64,000 nucleotides of DNA, taken from an uncultured Chloroflexia bacterium (lineage in GTDB: Bacteria > Chloroflexota > Dehalococcoidia > DSTF01 > JALHUB01). The position numbers and the translations under genes were made by a program. Below the pieces are notes generated by a model that saw only the letters and a list, made by a program, of their open reading frames with translations, was not told the origin of the DNA and made no database searches. How positions within the stretch are numbered: position 1 is the first letter of the stretch; each line of letters begins with the position of its first letter. This document shows, in pieces, positions 8,831 through 17,012 of this stretch. The stretch is taken from the NCBI GenBank assembly GCA_963835655.1, contig CAWIGJ010000003.1, forward strand, positions 305,016 through 369,015, read 5' to 3'.

Positions 8831-10366
8831 TCAAGCCGCGGCCGGCGTTGGCTTTATGTCGTCGATTGCCGCCAGGTCCTGGAGCTGTACCTGCAACCAG
8901 CGACCGATATCGTGTCGCAGGACGGCGCGCCGCAGTAGCGACGCCCGTTCGTGGCGCTCAGTGTCACTCATTGTCAACGCCGAGAAGAGGGCGCGAGCCG
9001 TGTCGTCGACGTCTTCCGGGCGGAGCGAGACGGCTCCCTCCCGCAATTCCTCGTACGAGCCTGCGGCTTCGGAAAGCACGAGGACACCGTCGCGCCGGTT
9101 CAACACGGGCCCCTCCTTGGATACCAGGTTCATGCCATCGATGAGGGGGTTGACCATGAGCACGTCGTAGAGGCTGAGGGCTACCAGCGCCTGCAACCGG
9201 TCGTGCTGGTAGTAGACCTTTATGGGCGTCCAGTCGCCTTTGCGATGCCGGTCGTTTATCTCGTCGACGAGGGCGAGTGTTTCCTCGGCGTAGGCTCGGT
9301 ATTCGGGGATCGATTCGCGCGACGGAATCAGGAAGGCGAGCATTCGCGCTCTTCCGGCCCACTCTGGATGATGCTGGAGCAAGACGTCGAACGCCTGGAA
9401 GCCAGCCGCCACGTTCTTGCTGGGGTCGACCCGGTCGACCCGGACGATTGTCCTCTCGCCCGTTTCCGCCAGCAACTTTGAGAAGTAGGGCCGCGCCTCG
9501 GGCAGGGAGAGCTGGCTCCGCAGGTCGAAGACGTCGACGGAAATGGGGTTGGCGGAAACCCTGGTGTGATGACCGCGATAGGTCACAATGCTGTCCGTGA
9601 AGTCGATGCGTGCCGCCGGGAAGAGGGCCCAGCACGTGAGAAGGAAGTCCTGCGCCCACTTCTCCGTCTGGAAGACGACGCTGTCGTTGGCGAGCAGTCC
9701 CTCGCAAATGGAGTCGACGATCTGACGTGGCAGTTCCTGCCATGCCTCCAGGCTTGGCCACGGAACATGGATGAAGTGCTGCAAAGACGCGTTCGGGCAG
9801 AGATTTCGAATGAACAGCGGCGCCGCATAGAGGTGATAGTCATGGAGCATGACCGGGCCGCAATTGCGCGTGCTCCTGAGCTCGGTGGCAACTGCTTCGG
9901 CGACGGCCTGGTTCACGGGCAAGTAGCCGTGCTCCCAGGCATGCAGGGCCTCAGTGCGAATGTCGGGCCTGCTCAGGCGGTCCCAAATCGAGTGCTGCAG
10001 GAACCACAGGACGGGGTTACAAAAAGTGCCGTAGAAGAGGTCGTAGACCTCTTCCCGTGCGGCAACGAGGCGCAGCTGAAGGCCGTCATTGATGTTGAGG
10101 ATAGCGCCGTTCGCTGCCACTTCGCGCTCGGCGGCGCAGGTGGCGCTGGCAACCCAACTCACCGGTGTCGAATTCGAAATCGCAGTCAAGGCCGTAGCGA
10201 CACCGCCACTGACGCGACGCCTTCGCAGACGGCCCATGTCGTCGTGGTAGTACTCCGCCGGCCCGCGATTGCTCACGATCAAGAGCGGTTGCTGCGACGT
10301 TCTCGCCACGGGGGCGAGGGTGAGCCCGGGCCTCAAGTAGATGGACACTGTGCTGGTCCTTTCCAT
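8831..10366 (-). CDS. otsA: Alpha,alpha-trehalose-phosphate synthase (GT20)
   Basis: GT20-like sequence (LLIVSNRGP..., DYHLY...); probable start MERTST within ORF 8831..10441. Confidence 0.85.
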   Translation of the reverse strand: MERTSTVSIYLRPGLTLAPVARTSQQPLLIVSNRGPAEYYHDDMGRLRRRRVSGGVATALTAISNSTPVSWVASATCAAEREVAANGAILNINDGLQLRLVAAREEVYDLFYGTFCNPVLWFLQHSIWDRLSRPDIRTEALHAWEHGYLPVNQAVAEAVATELRSTRNCGPVMLHDYHLYAAPLFIRNLCPNASLQHFIHVPWPSLEAWQELPRQIVDSICEGLLANDSVVFQTEKWAQDFLLTCWALFPAARIDFTDSIVTYRGHHTRVSANPISVDVFDLRSQLSLPEARPYFSKLLAETGERTIVRVDRVDPSKNVAAGFQAFDVLLQHHPEWAGRARMLAFLIPSRESIPEYRAYAEETLALVDEINDRHRKGDWTPIKVYYQHDRLQALVALSLYDVLMVNPLIDGMNLVSKEGPVLNRRDGVLVLSEAAGSYEELREGAVSLRPEDVDDTARALFSALTMSDTERHERASLLRRAVLRHDIGRWLQVQLQDLAAIDDIKPTPAAA

Positions 10367-10721
10367 CCCATTCCCCAGTCTGACGCTGCGAGGTCTAGCT
10401 GGCCTTTGACCAGCGGTGGTCGCCCTCGAAGGAATCGTCATGGCCCGTTTCTTAAGCCTTCCACGACGCTGCCGCTGCCAGCGGCCGCCCGATGGAAGTG
10501 CCGGGGCGTTTCATTCCATCCGAAAGCGCTTCGAATGTGAGGGCCAGCTCGCTCATGAAGTCCACCGGTTCCAGTGTGGACGGGTCGGTCTTCACCAGTG
10601 ACACGGCCATCCGCAGCAGGTCTTCTCTGACCGTTCGTATAGGATCACCGCTTGTGGTTCTTGACGTCGACCCTGTTTCCAGCTGGACGCGGCTCGCTTG
10701 TCTCCGGTTCATCTCCGCCAC

Positions 10722-10994
10722 CTAGGCAACCCTTTCCACATTCCTCTCCCGTGGTTCAGGCGTCTTCGGCAGCTCTGGCGCCGTTTCGGCGAACAGCCGC
10801 TGCTGAAGGGCATCGTGCTGCGTCTTGTCCAGCGACGCACCACACTGGATGCACGATACAAAGTGCCCGTAGTAGTCGGAGTCGAGGATTAAATCGCCTC
10901 GGCAGCGCGGGCACGATTTCAACCACATCATCATGCGATTCCTTTCGTCCACCACTCCAAGTCCCTTCGGGACTACCACCACTTCAACCTCCAT
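10722..10994 (-). CDS. Small zinc-ribbon protein (CPRC...CIQCG), paralog of 8571..8774
   Basis: 90 aa ORF; same C4 spacing as 8571..8774. Confidence 0.5.
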   Translation of the reverse strand: MEVEVVVVPKGLGVVDERNRMMMWLKSCPRCRGDLILDSDYYGHFVSCIQCGASLDKTQHDALQQRLFAETAPELPKTPEPRERNVERVA

Positions 10995-11199
10995 TCCCTC
11001 ACTTGGCCGCGACGATTCGTCTAAGACGGGGTCAAATCACCCTGCATATTAACTGCTGCCCCATGCGTTCCGTATGAACGCAAGAGGCAATTACATGCAG
11101 GAAGTGTGAATATGGGTGGAACGAGACATAAGAGTCATGCGTGACGCAGGGAGAACGGGGCCTTCGGGCGTAAGAAGGACGCCGAGAAGACAGCCGGAT

Positions 11200-11242
11200 G
11201 GAAGCGAAAGAAAAGAGGCGTCTGGAGAATCCGAACGCCTCT
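11200..11242 (-). terminator. Intrinsic-terminator-like hairpin plus U-tract after hybrid kinase gene
   Basis: Stem AGAGGCGT/ACGCCTCT (11214-11221 / 11235-11242) followed on the minus strand by CTTTTCTTTCG. Confidence 0.5.
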
Positions 11243-11266
11243 GCCTTGTCGAGGGATGAAGGAGGG

Positions 11267-14200
11267 CTACTCCTTGACCATCCGATAGCCTATTTGCCGC
11301 TCTGTGAGAATGTAGGTCGGCTGCTTGGCGTCGTCGTTGAGCTTGCGGCGCAGGTTGCGGATGAACGAGCGCACTAGCTCGGTCTCGCCGGCGTACTCGG
11401 CGCCCCAGACTCGCTGCAGGATCTGGTCGAAGGTCAGCACGAGGCCGGAGTGAGTCGCCAGCTCGTAGAGCAGCTTGTATTCGGTGGCGGAAAGGGAGAT
11501 CTCCTTGCCCGCGAGGATGACGCGCCGTTCCGCGAAGTTGATCTCCAGGTCCTTCACCTTGAACGGGGCCCGTGCTTCGCTCATGCCAGGCAGTGAGCGC
11601 CGGCGTAGCGCCGCTTCGATGCGCGCCAGCAGCTCCGAGGGCGCGAAGGGCTTGGTCACATAGTCGTCGGCGCCGAGCTTAAGCGCGCGAACAGTATCCT
11701 CGCTGCTGTCGCTGGCGGTGAGGAAGATAACCGGCGCGCCGGAGAACTCGCGGATGCGAGCGAGCAGGTCGAAGCCGCTAACGCCGGGCAGCCGCAGGTC
11801 AAGAAGCACGAGGTCGGGCTGCTGCAGCTCCATGAACTTCACTACCTGCGATGGATCGCTGGTGACGACGCACTGGTATCCGGCCTCATCGAGCGAGTGC
11901 TGAAGGTAACGCAGCACAGGAAGCTCGTCGTCTACGGCCAGGACGCGCGGCCGCGCGCTCTTCCGAATGCCGGCGGTAGTTGTCGGCCCGGTCGCAGCGG
12001 GAGGCGCCTCCACCTCTGTTTCGGCGGCAAGAGGCAGGGTGAAGACGAACGTGGCACCCTTTCCTTCGCCTTCGCTTTCGGCCCAGATACGGCCGCCGTG
12101 AGCTTCGACTATGCCCTTGCAAATGGCGAGACCAAGTCCGGCGCCGCTAGCCCGCGCGGCCTTCGAGTCGTTGACCTGCGAGAACTTCTGGAAGAGCAGG
12201 GGCAGCTTCTCGGGCGCGATGCCCTGACCCGTGTCCTTGATGCGTACCGTCGCGAGAAGGGCATCGTGGACAACGCTGATTTTGATTGGCGCAGTTGCCG
12301 TCGAGAACTTCGCGGCGTTGTTGAGAAGGTTCGTCAGAACCTGGACGAGGCGGCGACGGTCGGCATTGACCTGCGGCATCGTTTCCGGCATCTCCACCTC
12401 GACGCGTTGAGGCCGCCCGCTGCGGGTAAAGATAGAGCGGGCCTCTTCGATTGCCGCGCGCAGGTCCAGCGGCTCCGCCTTGACGGAGAGGGAGCCGGCT
12501 TCGATGCGGCTCATGTCAAGCAGGTTGTCCGCCAGGTCGCGCATGCGGTCCGCCTGTTCGTCGATGATCTGGAACATCTCGCGCACCTCCTCGTGGTCGA
12601 GGGGGCGTGAGCTGCCGAGAGCGGTTGCGGCAGAGCCCTTGATAGCGGCCAGCGGCGTCTTGAGTTCGTGCGTGACCATGCCCAGGAAGTCGCTGCGCAG
12701 CCGCTCGATCTCCTCCATCGACTGCACGCGTTCCGTCACGTCGCGGACGATGCCCTGGATGGCGACGACGTTGCCGTTTTCGTCCCATATAGGCGCGTTG
12801 TGATGTTCAATCCACATGGGCGTACCGGCGCGATTGTGACAGCGAAGCATAACCGGCCCGGTGAGCGTCCCGGAGGGGACGCGCATCCTATCGATCAACG
12901 CCTGGTCGTCCGGATGGACGATCTTATGGTCGAGATCGGGGTCAGCCAGCCACTCCTCGCGCTCGTACCCAAAGAGCGCAGTCATGGCGGGACTGACGTA
13001 CTCGTAGCCGGGCGGGTCCAAGCGGAAGCGGTAGATGCCGTCCGTGGCGTTCTCCGCCAGCAGCCGGAAGCGGCCCTCGCTGTCGCGCAACTGCTCCTGG
13101 ATGGCCCGCTCGTGGGTGACGTCGACGACGCCGGCCAGGGCGCCCATGTACTTGCCCTGGTCCGTGAACAGCGGCGACGATTCTATGGCTACGTGAATGA
13201 CGGTGCCGTCGCGGCGCCGCAGTTCGAGGTCAAGGTGCTCGGCGACACCCTTCTTGCGCAGTTCCAGATGCTCCAGAGCGGAGGGGAGGTCTTCCTCGGT
13301 GATGAAGGAGCTTATGTGCTTGCCCATCATGTCTTCGATGCGGTAGCCCAGCATTTCCGCCATGCGCGGGTTAACGAACGTTGTGAAGCCTTCTTCGTCG
13401 ATGGCCCAGACGCCCTCCTGCAGGCTTTCGACCAGCTGCCGGTACCGCTTCTCGCTCTCGCGGACTGCCTGTTCGGCGCGAACGCGGTCTGTTACGTCCA
13501 GCATCGAGAGGACGAGCCCTTGAACGCGGCCGCGGACGTCCTTGGTGGGAATGAGAGTCCAGTCCCAGTAGGTAATGCCCCTTTGCGGCTGGTCCGCGAA
13601 CTGGAAGGGCTTGGCGCGGAACTCAACGGGTTTGCCGGTGTTCCTGACCTTCTCGAAGATCACCTGGTTCTCCGCGTCGGGGAAGAGGTCGAAATGGTTC
13701 TTGCCGATGAGGCTCTCGACGGAATGGCCGGAGCCTTCCGCGTAGGTGGTGTTCACCTTGACGAAGTCGAAGTCGGCGTCGAGATAGGCGAGATGGGCGC
13801 GCGTGTTCTCCATGATGACTTCGAGGAGGTCGGGCTCGGCGCGCAGGCTGGTGCCGAGGTGGGCGATCTGCTCCTTGCCACGTCCCACTTCTTCAATCAA
13901 GCCCCTCTCCGCCTCTTCGGCGCGCGAGAGGCGCGTGGTCTCCTGCACCTGCGCGAGGTAGCCCTTCATGCCGCCGTCGCGCTTAGCGCCGAGCGGCGCA
14001 AGGACGACATTGAGCTGGATGGCGCCGGAACGGTTTGTAGGGTAGAGGCCGGCCGCCTTCACCTTCTCAAAGTGGAACGGGGCTTCGTAGGATACTCTCT
14101 CGCCGCGCCGGAGCGCAGCCTTCGCCTGCTTGGACACGTTGGGGTCGTCGAACAGCTTAAAGCCGCGCACGTCGTCAACTTTCGACACGCCGAATATGTC

Positions 14201-14404
14201 GAGGCAGGCCTTGTTGGCGTCCAGCAGGTTACCCTTCCCATCGTATATCTCAATGCCGATGGGCGACTCGTTGAAGAGGATCCGGAAGAGGCCCGCTGCT
14301 GTCTCTATGTCGTCGTCAAGGCTGTTGCGGGTAGGGATCGGTCGCAAGACAGGGCGGTGCGCTCCAGCCTTTTCAGTTTGTTCTGTCGTTGTTTTTTTGG
14401 CCAT
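11267..14404 (-). CDS. Hybrid sensor histidine kinase fused to complete OmpR-type response regulator (PAS repeats, HisKA, HATPase_c, REC, winged-helix)
   Basis: 1045 aa; multiple PAS-like segments, H-box (THELKTPL), ATPase G-boxes, receiver (VLAVDDE...DLVLLDLRLP...KPF) and C-terminal trans_reg_C (TYILTERQIGYRMVKE). Confidence 0.85.
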   Translation of the reverse strand: MAKKTTTEQTEKAGAHRPVLRPIPTRNSLDDDIETAAGLFRILFNESPIGIEIYDGKGNLLDANKACLDIFGVSKVDDVRGFKLFDDPNVSKQAKAALRRGERVSYEAPFHFEKVKAAGLYPTNRSGAIQLNVVLAPLGAKRDGGMKGYLAQVQETTRLSRAEEAERGLIEEVGRGKEQIAHLGTSLRAEPDLLEVIMENTRAHLAYLDADFDFVKVNTTYAEGSGHSVESLIGKNHFDLFPDAENQVIFEKVRNTGKPVEFRAKPFQFADQPQRGITYWDWTLIPTKDVRGRVQGLVLSMLDVTDRVRAEQAVRESEKRYRQLVESLQEGVWAIDEEGFTTFVNPRMAEMLGYRIEDMMGKHISSFITEEDLPSALEHLELRKKGVAEHLDLELRRRDGTVIHVAIESSPLFTDQGKYMGALAGVVDVTHERAIQEQLRDSEGRFRLLAENATDGIYRFRLDPPGYEYVSPAMTALFGYEREEWLADPDLDHKIVHPDDQALIDRMRVPSGTLTGPVMLRCHNRAGTPMWIEHHNAPIWDENGNVVAIQGIVRDVTERVQSMEEIERLRSDFLGMVTHELKTPLAAIKGSAATALGSSRPLDHEEVREMFQIIDEQADRMRDLADNLLDMSRIEAGSLSVKAEPLDLRAAIEEARSIFTRSGRPQRVEVEMPETMPQVNADRRRLVQVLTNLLNNAAKFSTATAPIKISVVHDALLATVRIKDTGQGIAPEKLPLLFQKFSQVNDSKAARASGAGLGLAICKGIVEAHGGRIWAESEGEGKGATFVFTLPLAAETEVEAPPAATGPTTTAGIRKSARPRVLAVDDELPVLRYLQHSLDEAGYQCVVTSDPSQVVKFMELQQPDLVLLDLRLPGVSGFDLLARIREFSGAPVIFLTASDSSEDTVRALKLGADDYVTKPFAPSELLARIEAALRRRSLPGMSEARAPFKVKDLEINFAERRVILAGKEISLSATEYKLLYELATHSGLVLTFDQILQRVWGAEYAGETELVRSFIRNLRRKLNDDAKQPTYILTERQIGYRMVKE

Positions 14405-14548
14405 TTTTCTCTATCTGCGCCGTCTAGGGGCACTTTGTTGAAGGCTCAAGCGGATGCGGCGCTCATTCACCTACTATTACTATACGTAGCAGAACAACAC
14501 CACCTGTATCAGGTTAGCACTCACGTCATCGCACGGCAAAACAGGCCG

Positions 14549-16114
14549 CTACGTGCGATCGCCGGAGGCGACGGGAAGCGTGAAGCTCACGGTCGCTCCT
14601 TCGCCTTCGCCGGGGCTATCGGCCCAAATGTGACCTCCGTGAGCTTCGATTATTCCCTTGCAGATGACAAGCCCCAGCCCCGTTCCGCGGCCACCGCTTT
14701 CATGGACCTGCGTGAACTTCTTGAAGAGCAGCGGAAGCTTGTCTGCGGCGATGCCGCGTCCCTGGTCGCGCACCTGCACTATCACCTGATTGTCGTTGGG
14801 CTGAGCGGTGATGGCTATCGGCGTCTCAGGAGGCGACGCCTTCGCCGCGTTAGTAAGCAGGTTCATCACGACTTGGACCACGCGCCGGCGATCGGCGTAG
14901 ACGGGTGGTAGCGACGGCGGCATGACGACCTTCACCGGGTGGCCGAAAGCGCTCCGGTCGAACGTCGACACGGCTTCCTCGATTACCTTCGAGAGCCGTT
15001 CGGGTTGCGGGTTTACGGACAGGGAACCGGCCTCGATGCGCGTCATGTCGAGCAGGTTGCCGATGAGCTCGCGCAGACGCTCCGCCTGTTCATCGATCAC
15101 GGTGAAGAGCTCGCGCGCCTCGGCGTCGGACGGCGGCGTTCCGGACGTGAGGGCCATCGACGTGGATCCCTTTATAGCGGTCAGCGGCGTCTTCAGCTCG
15201 TGGCTGACCTCGCCCAGGAACTCGCTGCGCGTCCGCTCCAGCTCCTCTTCGACGCGTCTGCGCTCCGTCAGGTCGACGACGAAGCAGACCCAGCGCAAGG
15301 GCGCCTGTTGAGTGGCCGCAGCGCCGATGAGGATGGGCACGCGAACGCCGTCCTTGCGAATGTACTCCTTCTCATAGGCGACGGCTTCACCGGCGGTCTC
15401 CAGCTCTCTGAGGGCGCGTTCATCAAGGTGGGTATATTCAGGGGGCGTCATTGCCCGCCAGTTGAGGCCGCCGCTAAGATCGGCCCGCTCATAGCCGATG
15501 ATGCGGAGGAAGGCACCATTGGCGTCGACGATGTTGTCGCCTTCGGCCTCGAGGATGCCGATCAGGTTGGAGTCGAAGAGACGCCGGGCATAAGCCTGCG
15601 ACGTTCGAAGCTCTTCCGCCTTCGCCATCTGCTGCTGGTGCAACCAGACGGAGGTCATATAGGCGGAGAGCTGGCCGGCGATGACCGAAAGTAGACCCAA
15701 GTCGGTCTCGTCGTAGGAGACCTCCTCGTTGGCGCCGACGAAGAGGAGTCCGATTATCTTGTCGTTGCCGATCAGAGGCAGGCCGAGGTAGGAGCGCCAG
15801 GGAACGACGGCGGCCAGAGGAGGAGCGGGTTTGCCGGAGAAGCCGGCGAAGGACGGGTCGGTGATCATGGCGAGGCAGGAGACCGTCGCCAACTCGAGGG
15901 CAGCGACGTTCTTCTTGGTGGTCTCCGGGACGACGACCAGCTCCCGCTCGCCGTCCTGCGCTTTCAGCAGCACGCACTCGTCATAGGGCACGACGCGGTT
16001 GAGGAGCTCCAGCACACGCCGCTCGCGCGCCTGCGGGTCATCCAGCGATTCGAGGAGATGCGCCGAGTCGTTCAGGAGACGCAGCGGCAATTGAAGCGAC
16101 GTTCTACCAACCAT
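14549..16114 (-). CDS. Sensor histidine kinase with GAF and PAS domains
   Basis: 521 aa; H-box (SHELKTPLTAIKG), HATPase_c motifs. Confidence 0.85.
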   Translation of the reverse strand: MVGRTSLQLPLRLLNDSAHLLESLDDPQARERRVLELLNRVVPYDECVLLKAQDGERELVVVPETTKKNVAALELATVSCLAMITDPSFAGFSGKPAPPLAAVVPWRSYLGLPLIGNDKIIGLLFVGANEEVSYDETDLGLLSVIAGQLSAYMTSVWLHQQQMAKAEELRTSQAYARRLFDSNLIGILEAEGDNIVDANGAFLRIIGYERADLSGGLNWRAMTPPEYTHLDERALRELETAGEAVAYEKEYIRKDGVRVPILIGAAATQQAPLRWVCFVVDLTERRRVEEELERTRSEFLGEVSHELKTPLTAIKGSTSMALTSGTPPSDAEARELFTVIDEQAERLRELIGNLLDMTRIEAGSLSVNPQPERLSKVIEEAVSTFDRSAFGHPVKVVMPPSLPPVYADRRRVVQVVMNLLTNAAKASPPETPIAITAQPNDNQVIVQVRDQGRGIAADKLPLLFKKFTQVHESGGRGTGLGLVICKGIIEAHGGHIWADSPGEGEGATVSFTLPVASGDRT

Positions 16115-16180
16115 GTGTCCCTGCTCCCGCGATTCGCAGGGTTTGTGCCCAGTTCAACGCCCCGATCTATGCGTCGTGCG

Positions 16181-16200
16181 TTTTCACAGAAACGTGAAAA
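16181..16200. promoter_or_regulatory. Inverted repeat TTTTCAC-n6-GTGAAAA about 70 bp upstream of GAF/PAS kinase gene
   Basis: Read directly. Confidence 0.4.
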
Positions 16201-16294
16201 TGATGAGTGAGTCGCCACCCCTATCCGATCATCGGGGATGAAAATTCTGCACATAATACTAACACTTGCGTCAAGTAATCGCTAGGAGAATGGG

Positions 16295-16702
16295 TTATGC
16301 TGGCCCGGCGTCGGGCCGGTGGTCCAGAAGGTCTTTCAGCCTTCTTATGAGGTCCCAGGGGTCGAAAGGCTTGGGGACAAAAATGCCGTTGAGCGGCCCA
16401 TAGCGCCGCGTGGCTTCGTCCTCATCGAGGGCGGAGAGAATCAGCCAGACGGGATAGCCGTCGCGCGCGGCCTGGAGACGGCGGAGCACGGCGCCGCCCA
16501 GACCATCGGGTAGCCCAAGGTCCAAGAGAACGGCGTCCGGCTGACTCTGGTCCATCTTCTCGAGCGCCCCACGGCCGGTCTCTACCACAGAAGTGTTGAA
16601 TCCGGCCCGATGAAGGCAGACTCGCAAAATCCTTGCCACGGCCGGATCGTCCTCAACAATGAGCACGTTGCGGCGAGCGGGGTCTGGCTTCTCGGATGTC
16701 AT
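16295..16702 (-). CDS. Single-domain response regulator (CheY-like)
   Basis: Receiver motifs VLIVEDD...LLDLGLPDG...KPF; probable start MTSEKPD within ORF 16295..16750; paralog of 25247..25663. Confidence 0.8.
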   Translation of the reverse strand: MTSEKPDPARRNVLIVEDDPAVARILRVCLHRAGFNTSVVETGRGALEKMDQSQPDAVLLDLGLPDGLGGAVLRRLQAARDGYPVWLILSALDEDEATRRYGPLNGIFVPKPFDPWDLIRRLKDLLDHRPDAGPA

Positions 16703-16781
16703 CCAGTATCCAATCTCTCGGGAAGAGGAGAGAAGTTCGTTCGACCTCATTTCTTAGGGTAGGACGGCTATATGGCCGAAT

Positions 16782-16827
16782 TGTGAATAACGCTGGCGTA
16801 TTTGTGAAGACTTTGTGAAGGAAAACG
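16782..16827. promoter_or_regulatory. Direct repeats TTGTGAAt / TTTGTGAAG / TTTGTGAAG (11-bp and 20-bp phasing) followed by GAAAACG, in divergent promoter region between response regulator and PBP1A genes
   Basis: Read directly. Confidence 0.4.
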
Positions 16828-17012
16828 CCGGCAACGGTCCCGCCCTGCAGATCTCCCCTCAGCCCTCGAGATTCGAGTTGTCCTTCACGCTTCTCTCACG
16901 GAAGCCGCGCCGGTCTTCACGCCGTCTGCACGGTCCGCCCGTATTCTCTTCTTATTAGACATAAAAGACATAAAGCGCGCCCCGGGACCCTTTCAACCCT
17001 AGAGAGTCAAGG

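Noticed and set aside
9566-10540. 324 aa ORF antisense to otsA, plus other long overlapping ORFs (8964..9761, 38096..38728, 53470..54645, 57384..58532)
   Set aside because: All overlap well-supported genes on the opposite strand or in another frame. Their compositions are Arg/Ala/Gly-rich nonsense.
12668-14911. 747 aa plus-strand ORF antisense to the hybrid kinase
   Set aside because: No recognisable motifs, and it spans the kinase gene and the intergenic region. It is an artefact of high GC with few stop codons.
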